Below are positions 36,141-48,399 of a DNA stretch of 64,000 nt, piece after piece. The notes under the pieces are model-generated. The model saw only the letters and a list, made by a program, of their open reading frames with translations, searched no databases and was not told where the DNA came from. The DNA comes from Azolla caroliniana (taxonomy: Eukaryota; Plantae; Polypodiophyta), in NCBI GenBank assembly GCA_043228905.1, contig JBHGNT010000014.1, positions 10,912,001-10,976,000 on the forward strand, written 5' to 3'. The position numbers and the translations under genes are program-made. How positions within the stretch are numbered: the first letter of the stretch is position 1; the number at the start of each line of letters is the position of its first letter.

Positions 36141-36620
36141 AGAACCGGAAGAGAAGACAGATTTGTAAATATGTCTTGAATAAACCCATTGAGGCTATAT
36201 ATTTGTAAATAGCCCTAAGTTCATACAACTATAAATATGACTTACGGCAATCATCTTAGGATGTCTGATTTGTGTTGTTGTCATATTGCTATAACTATTG
36301 TACAGAGAGAGAGAGGGAGAGAGAGAGAGATACAGAACGGTACTCTGTTGTAACCATCACTGTGCTAAGACAACAGAGCTCGAGATGGTTGCCTCCGAGT
36401 CTCTGATTGTACCCCTTCCCTTCTCTTCATAGTGATATTTTGGAGTTTGTGCGCTCCCGTGGTTTTTCCCTATTAGGGTTCTCCACGTAAACATCTTGTG
36501 TCATTTTTTTCTTGTGTACTCTCCACTTCCCATTTCTGTGTTTTGATTCTTATAGAAGTGATTTACTACTTAGTTGTGGCCGAGCGATATTCCGTGCATT
36601 TCTCTTCAGAACGCACAATG
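36141..36620 (+). repeat. Tandem duplication (~480 bp) of the distal Copia 2 3' LTR plus TSD and a few flanking bases
   Basis: TCTCTTCA-GAACG-CACA(G/A)TGA occurs at both 36121-36141 and 36601-36621; the sequence between repeats the LTR from ~35670. Confidence 0.9.
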
Positions 36621-37444
36621 ACAACAACTGAGAGTACAATGGCGGTAGTGGAGAAGGAGTGAACTCCCTCAAATCTAAGAGTGGCAGCAATACACGACCA
36701 AACAATAGTGGCAACTAAGTGTAGAATGATGGCAATGGATGAGTGAACTCTGTCAAATCGAAAAGTGGTAGCAATCCAAGACCGGTCACCGAATAGTAGC
36801 AGCAACTAAGGGTAGAATGATGGCAATGGAGGAGTGAATTCTGTCAAATCGAAAAGTGGTAGCAATCCAAGACCAGTCACCGAATAGTAGCGGCAATTGT
36901 GGGTAGAATGATGGCAATGGAGGAGTGAATTCTGTCAAATCAAACAATGGTAGATGATGCTTGGAACGCATAGTGATGGCAACTGAGAGTAGAATGGAGG
37001 CAATGGAGAAGGAGTTAACTCCATTGGATCGAAAAGTGGCAGCAATATACGACCTTCACAGTAGCGGCAACTGAGTGTACAATGGCGGCAATGGAGGAGT
37101 GAACTTGGCAGATGATGCTTGGACTGAACAATTGCGGCAAGTGAGTGCGGAATGTTGGCAATGGAGGAGTGAACTCCGTTGGATCGAACAGTGGTAGATG
37201 ATACTTGGACCACACAGTGCCGGTAATTGAATGAATGGTGGCAATGGAGGAATGGACTCAATAGGGTTTAGCAACAGTGGTAGTAATCTAAGCTAGAATA
37301 CTCAACCAAAGATGGCCCACGTGATGTGGCAAACGATCATGCATAATGGACTTAGGAATTCGGTATATAATTTATGGTGCACATATCAATTTATGTTGCA
37401 CGTTTATGTTGCACATTTATGGTGCTCATTTGTATAATTAAAAC

Positions 37445-37553
37445 TCTCTACTATTTTCAATGGTAGCTTTTTGCATAGCTAGTTTATCAATGGTAGCTCT
37501 TTGCAAAAATGACTATTTATCAATCTTAGCTTTTTCCATAGCTAATTGTTTCC
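37445..37553. repeat. Possible terminal inverted repeat of a Mutator-like element (partner not in window)
   Basis: AT-rich end with reiterated TCAATGGTAGCT/ATAGCTA motifs terminating in TTTCC, distal to the tandem array. Confidence 0.3.
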
Positions 37554-37579
37554 ACTCCCATGCTTTCACCCTACGAATA

Positions 37580-39152
37580 GAAGCAAGACCCCCGACAATG
37601 GTACCGGAAGCTTGACTCCTTCATGACCGACCAAGGGTACCACAAGACGCAAGCTGACCACTCTGTGTTTGTGAAGAAATTTGATGGAATAGATTTTTTG
37701 ATATTGCTCCTGTATGTGGACGACATGTTGATCGTCGGACGATACCAAGTCAAGATACGAATGCGGAAGAAGGCCCTCAACCGGACCTTCTCAATGAAAT
37801 ACTTGGGTCCGGCAAGACAGATTTTAGGGATGCACATCATCCGGGACTGGCCGAAAAAGTTGTTGTGGTTGTCACAGGAGAAGTACGTGACAAAGATGCT
37901 TCAACAGTTCAACATGTCGGAGGCGAAACCGATCCGATTGAAACTTCCGGCAAATAGCAAGTTTTCCAGAAAGTACAGCCTGAAGACAAAGCTAGAGAAA
38001 TCGGATATGACGAAGATACCTTATGCCTCTGTCGTCGGAAGTCTAATGTATGCAATGGTGTCAGAGTAGTCGGCCGGTTCATGAGCCATCCGGGAAGAGA
38101 GCACTGGAACATGGTCAAGTGGATACTCCGATATCTAAAAGCCACCTCAAGTATGTGCCTCCGGTTTGGCTCCTGTTAACCCCAACTCGACGGATTCATG
38201 GATTCGGATATGTCGGCTAATGCGGATACTAGCTGGTCTGTAGAAGTCCATTGCACTGTTGACAATGGAAGCGGAGTACATGGCAGTTGTGGATGCCAGC
38301 AAGGAGATAATCTAGATGAAGGACTTCTTCGGAGAGGTAGGGATCCGACAGGAGGAATACCAACTATACTACGACAGTCAAAGTGTCATCCACCTTGCGA
38401 AGAATATGGCCTACCATTCCCGGACAAAGCACATCCAACGGAGGTATCACTGAATCTGAGATAGAGTAGAAGATCAAGAATTCGTGCTTACAAAGATCCA
38501 CACCAAGGAGAACGGATTGGATATGCTAACCAAGGTTCTTTCAATCGACAAGCTAGACGCGTGCCGAAGACGGATCGGGTTAACGAGAAATCCCATGCCG
38601 AAGTGAAGAGGAAGTTTGTTGGGAACTCGGTCCCTCCGAATGGGATCCGGATGAGAACCGAAGGAGCCAGATGAAGGAACCGGACCCAGAAGGGTTCTCG
38701 ATGAGACCTAGAAACTAGATCGAGTAAATCCGGATGGCTCCGATGCAAACCGGATCGAAGAACATATGTGTAAAATGTTTCATAGTGAGCCCATTGAGGC
38801 TATATTTGTAAATATCCCTAAAGTCATATAAGTATAAATATGACTTGGGGAATCACATTATGTGCGATGAGAGTTGTTGATAGAGTGTGTACATAGTGAG
38901 AGAGAGACACACACACACACACAGAACGATTTCTGTTGTTACTGTCGGTTGGCAAAGACATAGAGCTCGAGGTCGTTGCCTCTAAGTCTCACATTGTATT
39001 CCTCCCCTCATAGTGATAGTTGGAGTCCGTGGGCTCCCATGGTTTTTCCCATTTAGGGTTTCCATGTAAACATATGGTGTCATCTCTGTGTTAGTTTGTT
39101 TTCTTCCATTCGTTGTTTAAGACTCGGTTGTGGCCAAGCGCTATTTTCCACA
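37580..39152 (+). mobile_element. 5'-truncated Copia 3 (RT-RNase H remnant plus 3' LTR ~38617-39152)
   Basis: LLLYVDDMLIVG in ORF 37623-38069; PPT-like GAAGAGGAAG followed by TGTTGGGAAC; LTR U5 resembles those of Copia 1/2/4. Confidence 0.88.
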
Positions 39153-39154
39153 CA

Positions 39155-41864
39155 AGAGATCGATGTCCGATTCAATCTTCTATCCTTTGGCAAACAAGTC
39201 GGTGTTGACGTCGTTGGTGTTGAGGATTAAAATCCTCCCATCCCGGCGCACTTACGCGATGATCAGGACCTCTTCTCCAATGAAGCACCCGAGGTGTGTA
39301 AACCGCATCTGCATTCCCTGGTCAACAATCTTCCCGACCGAGACCAGGTTCTTTGTGATTTTCGGGACGTGAAGCATGTTTGTAAGCTTCCTTTATTGTC
39401 CAACATGACTCAAGGGGACTTCTCCGACATGCACTATCTGGTGAGGGGTGTCATCTCCAATTTCAACAACTCTTAGAATACATAGTTCACGGGAGAGATA
39501 GAGAGAGCAGAATAGCATAAACTCAATTCAAAATAATAACACTCTGTACATATAATGTGCTCAGTGAGCACTTTTATACAACTCCTTAAAAGGACTGACA
39601 GAACTACCAACAGGAACTTTAATTCTCATACGAGCGACTAACACAGACTCCCAAAAATATCCCTACATACTAGGCTAGATTCATAGGCCTCTAATGGCCT
39701 ACCGGTTACAATCTGATCCAGCTCCTTGTTCCGGACACCGATCTAGTTCTTCGTTCAGGACACCGATCTGGCTCAGGTTGACCTTGTCCACCCAAAACCC
39801 GCAAATAATGTGAGACATCCTTTCCATCGAATTCCCGTTCCGTTGCACGAGCCAGTCTACTGTTGTCGCAACCTCCAACATCGCACGTTGCTCCTGCAAC
39901 ATCCGCTCGAACATTGTCATCATGTTGCTCGCCTCTTGCCGATTCTCCATCTCCTTGCCACCCTTCTTCACGTCAAGTTCACCAAATGTGTCATGCCTTT
40001 TGGTGCCGGATCGTTGCGTGAGTCGGGTGGAAACCGCGGAGCTTTTGGACTAGGAGGAGGAGAAGTTTAAACTAGTAAGAATATGAAAGAGAAAGATAGG
40101 AATCTCGTGAATTTCACGAGTATAGTGTATTAGAAGAATTAGTATTTAGAATTCAAGAAATCAACCCAAAATTTTCAATAGATTGTAAGAGAGAACGAAG
40201 ACATGTGAATCTACACGAGTTTTATATTAAACAATGTTTAGACCATAATAAGCACCCAAATTTTGCTCTCTCCCCCTTATATAGTGATGGGAGAGACTAA
40301 GTATAGTTTACCACATGGTAATCATCATGCTTTTTCTAAAGTGTTCATACACACTAGATGTGCATGAATCGCTTTTTCTTCTAATAATAGTGTTCATGCA
40401 CACATGAGATGTGCATGAATAGCGTTTTCACTCATGTGTTTCTTCTAACTAAAGTTTTATACACTCTACACGTGTAAAAGTAGCTTTTCCTAAATTTTAC
40501 TCATCATGAGTTGGTACAATGGTAAAGTTTGAGTTTGTTTACATGGAGGTACAAGGTTCGAATTTTTCCCTATGCATGTAATGTATTTTTTTAGTATTTT
40601 CTTCTATTTCTTTATTTTATTGAATTGTACGAAGTACAATACGACACCGTCTCCTTGGTTCCTTGCACGGGGAGTGCACGACTGAGTCTCCACTACTCGT
40701 CGGCTCATCATCTGACTTGTCGTTCTGACTCAGTCCCTCATTCGGCCCACTTAGTCAGAATGAGATTGGACTCTCCTCCAAAGTACCAATATCCTCTTCT
40801 TCATCCTGAATCACATCGGGCTCACTAGCCTCATCCTTAGGGATTAGGTGGTCGAAGTTGTCGGGGGACGGACTCGGAAGAGCATACCAAGACACCGATT
40901 CGTTGAACACAACATCTCCGCTCACTTGAACTTATTTGGTTCGGGGGCTATAACACTTACATTGCTTCTGTTCCTGTTAGTAGGCGACCAGTATACACTT
41001 TTCGGACTTCACGTCTAGCTTCTTCTGCTTCTCATCTGGCACATGCACATAGGCAATGTTGTCGAATACCCTCTGGTGTTATAAGTTCAGCTTTCGCCCA
41101 AAATACAACTCGTGTACCGACACCTTTTCTCCAATCCAATTTTTTATGTAGACCGCGGTCCGAACCGCTTCAACCTAGTAAAACTTGGGCATGCTCTTGT
41201 CCTCCAACATTTCCCGTGTTGCTTCCACAACCGACTAAATCTTGCTTTCGGCTACATTGTTCTGTTCTGGCATATATCTACAATTGAAGTCCCGCCGAAT
41301 TCCCAACTACTGTAGATAACAGTTGAACTAGCCGGAAAAGTATTCTTTTCCTTCATATGACCCTTGATGTTCTGGTTTGTTTCCCTTTCGACGAGACATT
41401 TTAGGTTTCTGAAACAGTCGAAGACTTCACTCTTCATTTCTATCAGATAAATCCATGTGTGTCGATTGTAGTCATCGATGAAGGAGCTGAAATATCGACT
41501 CCTGCCTAACCTCAGATTCTGTGTCGGTACCCATACATCCGAATGTATCGAGTCAAGCATGTTCCATCTCCGGTTTCTCTCATTGGGGAATGGAAGTCGG
41601 TGTTGCTTCCCTAGCTGGCAGACTTTACAAATTTGGGCCTTCCGGCCACTAAATTGCAGCAAGCCAAACAGAACATGTTTTGACTGCAACTCTTGAAGCC
41701 TTTGGTAGTTGACGTGGCTGATCCACTTGTACCATAATTCGTTATCCAACTCGAATTTTTATCCCTTCACAAACAGTGTTGTTCCAATGTTGTTGGTGTC
41801 GAGGATGAACATCCTCCCTTCCCGGCACCCTTGCGCAATGATTTGGCCCTCTTCCTCGTTGAAG
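39155..41864 (-). mobile_element. Mosaic of decayed minus-strand Copia fragments of another family and LTR-like pieces
   Basis: 39155-39470 translates to HVPKITKNLVSVGKIV. 40630-41864 holds integrase (LWYKWISHVN..CKVCQLGKQ..IHSDVW..FIDDY). LTR-like segments with minus-strand TATA lie at ~39473-39665 and ~40071-40625; boundaries are uncertain. Confidence 0.65.
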
Positions 41865-42208
41865 TGTCAAGAATAGTACTAAAACAAAGAGAGAATTAGT
41901 ACTAGAGAAGGGAAGTATATTAGAACTAAGAGGACAGACTACGTAAGACTCACGAGAGAGAGATAACAAAGGCAAGAGAGAGAGAGAGGATGATGATAAC
42001 AAATGATATATTATGTGAAGAGTAAGTACAAAATAGCTATGAGGCTTAAGGCTGGCGTTGAACCAATTTGGTTCGAAATAATGCCTTGTGCCTCTTTTTA
42101 TAGCGTTCTCAGGAATAGCCCTGAAGCTTCTAGAATGTTCCAGAGAAATCTGGAATATACAATAATTTTCTATAGTAAAACTTAAATGAAAATAATATCC
42201 TACGTATT

Positions 42209-45200
42209 TTTTGGGAGACAGGTCCCTCCGGATGGGAAGGGAGAAGAACAGTGCTGATGAGCAAACTCAGCCGAGGTTGATAGACCGAGGTCGAAACCGA
42301 ATGGCGCAGATCCGGTGAGAACCGGATGAGGAGTACCCGCCTACGGAGAGCCGAATGGTGCAGACCCGGTGAGAACCGGATGAGGAGAACCCGACTACGG
42401 AGAACCGGATGGCGCAAACCCGGTGAGAACCGGATGAGGAGTACCCGGCTACGGAGAGCCGGATGGTGCAGACCCAGTGAGAACCAGATGAGGAGAACCC
42501 GGCTACGGAGAGCCAGATGGTGCAGACCCGGTGAGAACCGGATGAAGAGACATATTCATAAATATGTTTTTTGAGAGTTCATTGTGGCTATATTTGTAAA
42601 TAGCCGAAAAGTCATATTAGTATAAATATGACTTAGGGCAAACTTTTAGAGTGTGTTGTCATTCTTGTTGTTACAAGGAGAGAGAGAGCGCGTAACTGTG
42701 TACAAAGAGAGAGAGAGAGAAAGAGGTCGTTGTCTCTGCTGTAACCGCCGCCTGTGGCGAAGATCGTGAGCGCGAGGTCGTTGCTTCCGTGAGTTCACTG
42801 TTGTAATTATTGTGACGTAGTGATAGTTAGCAGTCCGTGGACTGCCGTGGTTTTTCCCTCTCAGGGTTTTCCACGTTTAATATCCTGTGTACTCTTCTCT
42901 CCATTGTGTCGTGTTTTTTTTATTTGCCGTTTTCTGTGCATGATTCAAAGCTCGGTTATGGCCGAGCGTTGCGTATAGGGGACGTTTAGTTCCCTTCAAG
43001 TGGTATCAGAGCGAAACGATACAGAAAATGGACGATTCGTTGGGAGGCATGTTCAAGCTCACCGGCTCCAACTATTCGGTATGGAAGTCGAAGATGAGGG
43101 ACATGGTCGTGGTTAAAGATCTTTGGTTTCCGGTTCAGTTTGGGGACAAGAGACTAGACAAAATCGATGCCACGATATGGGAGGTAATGCACATGAAGAC
43201 AACGGCTTACATATGATGCTTCATCGACATGAGCCTATACAACAACTTCAATGAAGAGAGCAAGGCTCATGAGCTCTGGGAGAAGATCAGCATTATGTTT
43301 CAAAACAAAAATGTTGTTAATCAGGTTTCGGTGTTCCGGAAGCTAGTAAGACTCCGGCACCAAGATGGCTCCAACATGGCAGAGCTCATGAATGCCTTCC
43401 AGGGGCTGATCCACCAGGCAACATCATTGGAAGTACCTCTCGCCGACGGGGTACTAGCACTACTCCTGCTCAGTTCCCTCCCAGATAGCTGGGAGACGTT
43501 GGTTGTCACCTTGGGCAACGCCGGGCCGGAAGGAAAACGGTTATCCCTGGCAAGAGTGAAGTCGAGCTTGCTAGATGAGGTGGCGCGTCGGAAAGATAAG
43601 GATACAAGCTCCGACTCCAAAGCGCTTCTTACTGAATCGGAACGGGGAAGACATAGAAACCGTAGTCCCCAGAACTAGGAGAAGTCGGGGACATGGTCAA
43701 AGTCAAGGGGGAGGCCTACTTGCTTCTATTGCAGCAAGCCGGGACATTGCCAAAAGAACTGTCGGCATTTCCGAAAGGACAAGGAAACCAACGGTACCGA
43801 TTCGAAGCGGATACCGGAGAGGAACGGTAAAGACCGAGGGGAACGAACCGGAAGGGGACGACGGCAATCGCGGCAAGTGAAGAAGAGTTGATGCTCATCA
43901 CCGAGGAGAGTGAGATAAACCTTGTCGGTGACGAGATGACTTGGGTGGTAGACTCCGGAGCATCGTTCCACCTTACCCCGAACCGGAAATGCTTCTCATC
44001 CTACTCAGCCGGTGATCACGGCTGTGTCCGGATGGGGAATGAAGGTACATGCCGAATTGTCGGCATAGGAGACGTGTGGCTGACAACGCCAACCGGATGC
44101 AAGTTGCTGTTGAAGGATGTCCAACACGTTCCGGAGGTTCGTCTAAACCTGATATCAGCCGGTCGGCTAGACGATGAAGGCTACATGGGTAGCATCCGGA
44201 ACGGTGTCATGAAGTTTAGCAAAGGGAGCCTTATTTTGGCTCGGGCCCGGAAGGTCAACACTCTGTACCTGATGAATGCCCGGTTATGTCCGGAGGAAGT
44301 GAACGTGGCATCCGACACTGCCGGTGAGCTGTGGCACAAAAGGCTTTGTCACATGAGTGAGAAGGGGATGAAGAGGCTTGCAGACGACAACCTCATTCCA
44401 GTGAAGAACGTGCACTTGGAGAAGTGCACTGATTGCTTGGCCGGTAAGCAAAACCGGACCTCCTTCCGACCAAGGCCACCGATGAGACGTAATGCACCAC
44501 TGGAGATGGTGCATACTGATGTGTGTCAAGTGGACATGAAGTCACATGCAGGATCGCAGTACTTCATGACGTTCATAGGTGACCACAACCGGAAGCTGTG
44601 GGCCACGCCGTTGAAGACGAAGGATCAGGTGTTATCCGTCTTCAAAGAGCTCCACGTGAGAGTGGAAAGAGAAACCGGCCGGAAGCTGAAGGCGGTTCGA
44701 GCAGATAACGGAGGAGAATACTGGGGGCAGTTCGAGGAGTACGGCCGCTCGAAGGGAATCCGGTTCAAATTTACCGTGCCGAAGACGCCGGAACTAAACA
44801 GACTAGTCGAGAGGATGAACCAGACCTTAATGGAGAGGGTCCGGAGTATGCTAGCGCATGCAAAACTACCCAAGAAGTTTTGGGCTGAGGCATTGTCGAC
44901 GGTGACATATGTGATAAATAGATCACCCTCAGTACCCTTGGACGGAGACACGCCACAGAGAGTATGGACTGGTAAGGAAGTATCCTACCGGCATCTAAAG
45001 GTGTTCGGGTGTCTCGCGTACATGCATGTAGCTAAGGACTGGAGAGGAAAGTTAGATCCAAAGACCCGGACATGCATACTCCTCGGTTACGGTGACGATG
45101 AGTTCGGCTACCGAGTGTGGGACCTGGTCGACAAGAAGGTATTCCGGAGTCGAGATATTATCTTCATGGAGGACAAGACGCTCACCGACTGGGAGTCAGA

Positions 45201-47929
45201 GAAGAAGATAATGAACTCCGAGTTGACCGGCAAGGATCGACTCTACGATGAGTAGACCCAACCGGCAAGAGACCGGTTAGCACTCGAGGGACCAGCCGGT
45301 TACGGGGAGGATACCGAACAGGCTGAAGAAGAAGTGGAGGAAGCTGAAACCAGAACCGGCCAAGACCCCGAATCGGATTCGGATGAAGAGAAAATGGAGG
45401 AGCCGGTTACCGTAGCCCGAAGACGAAGATATCATCTCAGAGAGAGAAGGGCGCCCCGAAGATTTCCGGATGCAGAGCATGTTCTGCTGACCGATGAGGG
45501 GCAGCCAGAAAGCTTCGAAGAAGCGAAGGATGACACCCACAGCCGCAAATGGTTAAGTGCCATGCAGGATGAGATGGATTCCCTGCATGAGAACCATACG
45601 TTCGAATTGGTGAAGTTGCCGAAAGGAAAGCGGGCACTCCGAAACAAGTGGGTGTACAAGTTGAAACCGGGAGATGCCGACAACCCCCCGAGATACAAAG
45701 CCAGGATCGTGGTGAAGGGGTTCCAGCAGAAAAAGGGCGTGGACTTTGACGAGATATTTGCCCCGGTAGTAAAGATGACCTCCATCCGGACAATGCTGAG
45801 TATAGCGGCAAGCATGGACCTTGAGGTAGAACAGCTGGACGTGAAGACGACATCCCTTCACGGCGACCTCGAAGAGGAGATCTACATGCAACAACTGGAG
45901 GGATTTGTGGAGAAAGGGAAGGAGCACTTGGTATGCGGGCTGAAGAAGAGCCTGTACAGACTAAAGGAGGCTCCCCGACAATGGTACCGGAAGTTCGATT
46001 CCTTCATGACCGATCAAGGGTACCACAAGACGCAGGCCGATCACTGCGTGTTTGTGAAGAAGTTCGAAGGAGGCGACTTCCTGATACTCCTTCTGTACGT
46101 GGACGACATGTTGATCGTCGGACGGGACCAAGCCAAAATACGGATACTGAAGAAGGCTCTCAACCGGACCTTCTCAATGAAAGACTTGGGTCCGACAAGA
46201 CAGATGCTGGGGATGCATATCATCCGGAACCGGCCAATGAAGCAATTGTGGCTGTCACAGGAGAAGTACGTGACAAAGGTGCTTCACCGGTTCAACATGT
46301 TAGATGCGAAACCGGTCGGATCGACACTTCCGGCAAACTGCAGGCTATCCGGTAAGCAAAGCCCGAAGACGAAAGCAGAGAAGGCGGAGATGATGAAGGT
46401 CCCATATGCCTCTGCCGTCGGGAGCCTAATGTACGAAATGGTGTGTACTCGTCTGGATATAGGATACGCAGTCGGAGTGATGAGCTGGTTCATGAGAAAT
46501 CCTGGCAAGGAGCACTGGAACGCGGTCAAATGGATACTCCGGTACTTGAAGGGCACTTCAAATATGTGTCTCCGATTCGGCTCCGAAAAACCTCAACTTG
46601 ACGGTTTTACCAATTCGGACATGTCGGCTGATGTGGATACCAGCCGGTCTACATCCGGGTATGTAATGACATATGCAGGGGGAGCTATATCATGGCAGTC
46701 GAGGCTGCAGAAGACGGTTGCATTGTCAACCACGGAGGCGGAGTACATGGCGGCTGTGGAAGCCGGTAAGGAAATATTATGGATGAAGCACTTCATCGGA
46801 GAGCTCGATATCCGGCAAGATGAATACCGGCTCTATTGCGACAGTCAAAGTGCCATCCACCTTGCTAAGAATGCAGCCTACCATTCCCGGACAAAGCATA
46901 TCCAGCGAAGATATCACTGGATTCGGGAAAGAGTAGATGACCAGGAGTTCGCACAGACGAAGATCCACACGACCGAGAACGGGTCAGATATGCAGACCAA
47001 AGTGTTGATACCCGACAAGCTGGATGCATGTCGGAAGAGGATCGGACTAGTAAGACACCCCATGCCGGAGTGAAGGGGGAGTTTGTTGGGAGACAGGTCC
47101 CTCCGGATGGGAAGGGAGAAGAACAGTGTTGATGAGCAAACTTAGCCGAGGCCGATATACCGAGGCCGAAACCGGATGGCGCAAACCTGGTGAGAACCGG
47201 ATGAGGAGTACCCGGCTTCGGAGAGCCGGATGGTGCAGACCCGGTGAGAACCGGATGAGGAGTACCCGGCTATGGAGAGCCGGATGGTGCAGACCCGGTG
47301 AGAACCGGATGAGGAGAACCCGGCTACGGAGAACCGGATGGCGCAGACCCGGTGAGAACCGGATGAGGAGTACTCAACTACAGAGAGCCGGATGGTGCAG
47401 ACCCGGTGAGAACCGAATGAGGAGAACCCGGCTATGGAGAGCCGGATGGTGCAGACCCGGTGAGAACCGGATGAAGAGACATATTCATAAATATGTTTTT
47501 TGAGAGTTCATCGTGGCTCTATTTGTAAATAGCCGAAAAGTCATATTAGTATAAATATGACTTAGGGCAAACTTTTAGAGTGTGTTGTCATTCTTGTTGG
47601 TACAAGGAGAGAGAGAGCGCGTAACTGTGTACAGAGAGAGAGAGAGAGAGAAAGAGGTTGTTGCCTCTGTTGTAACCGCCGCCTGTGGCGAAGATCGTGA
47701 GCGCGATGTCGTTGCTTCCGTGAGCTCATTGTTGTAATTATTGTGACATAGTGATAGTTAGTAGTCAGTGGACTGCCGTGGTTTTTCCCTCTCAGGGTTT
47801 TCCACGTTCAACATCCTGTGTACTCTTCTCTCCATTGTGTCGTGTTTTTTTTATTTGCCGTTTTCTGTGCATGATTCAAAGCTCGGTTGTGGCCGAGTGT
47901 TGCGTATAGGGGACGTGTAGTTCCCGTCA
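42209..47929 (+). mobile_element. Full-length Ty1/Copia element 4 (family of Copia 1), TSD GTATT
   Basis: LTRs 42209-42998 (initial TG mutated to TT) and 47084-47929; PBS TGGTATCAGAGC 43001-43012; PPT before 47084; GTATT at 42204-08 and 47930-34. Confidence 0.96.
43028..47073 (+). pseudogene. pol: Copia 4 gag-pol with few lesions; RT-RH ORF open for 579 aa
   Basis: ORFs 43028-43216, 43229-43678, 43888-45255 and 45334-47073; LYVDDM intact. Confidence 0.95.
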
Positions 47930-48399
47930 GTATTACAATAGATAATGTAATGGTCAAGAGCTCGACCCATATAACATAAGCTATGGGTTCGAGTCTTTCC
48001 ATATCATGACACTATCCCCCGCTTAAGACAATTAGTGTCACGAGTCGGTGCTGATTGTGGACCGGTCCTGAATGCAACACGTTGTCCTGTGAATCTTCAC
48101 AGACTATGTAAAAAATAATGAAATAATTATTATAGATTAGATTAGTAGCTTACTATAGAAAGATGAATATACTCAAGAGCTTCAAAACATTTTTTACTAT
48201 ATACAAAATGGAGAAATACATATCAAGTTAATTGAAAATAAAGTTTGAGAAGATAGGGAAATTAGAACTATCTCACATAGATAGGAAAGTTAAGGCATTG
48301 GCTATATAAGCACCTTGAGCTCCCTCATTTTTTATTTGTGCTAAGAGCACTTTGGCCACTTTGTCTTGATGGATGATGGTGGTCAAATTCCCTAAAATC

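Larger units (their letters stand above)
26580..37290. repeat. ~81-84-bp degenerate tandem array (26580-27125 and 36609-37290) split by Copia 2
   Basis: Unit core GGCAACTAAGTGTAGAATGATGGCAATGGAGGAGTGAACTC(C/T)GTCAAATCGAAAAGTGG, with two linker variants (GCAATCCAAGACCGAAC and GATGATGCTTGGAACGCAC). The unit is continuous across the GAACG TSD. Confidence 0.9.
41865..48026 (-). repeat. 3' LTR (41865-42208 + 47935-48011) and PPT (48012-48026) of a minus-strand LTR element, split by Copia 4
   Basis: TGTCA..TGACA termini; PPT TTAAGCGGGGGATAG abuts TGTCATG on the minus strand; TATA-like CTATAAAAAG near 42100. Confidence 0.75.

Noticed and set aside
26580-37290. CRISPR-like appearance of the periodic arrays (also 51850-52098 and 54165-55470)
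   Set aside because: Whole units repeat with no unique spacers, there are no cas genes, and the context is eukaryotic.
40505-40575. Functional tRNA gene (also 47940-48000 and 17335-17374)
   Set aside because: Only A/B boxes or a 3' half are present; the acceptor and anticodon stems cannot be folded.
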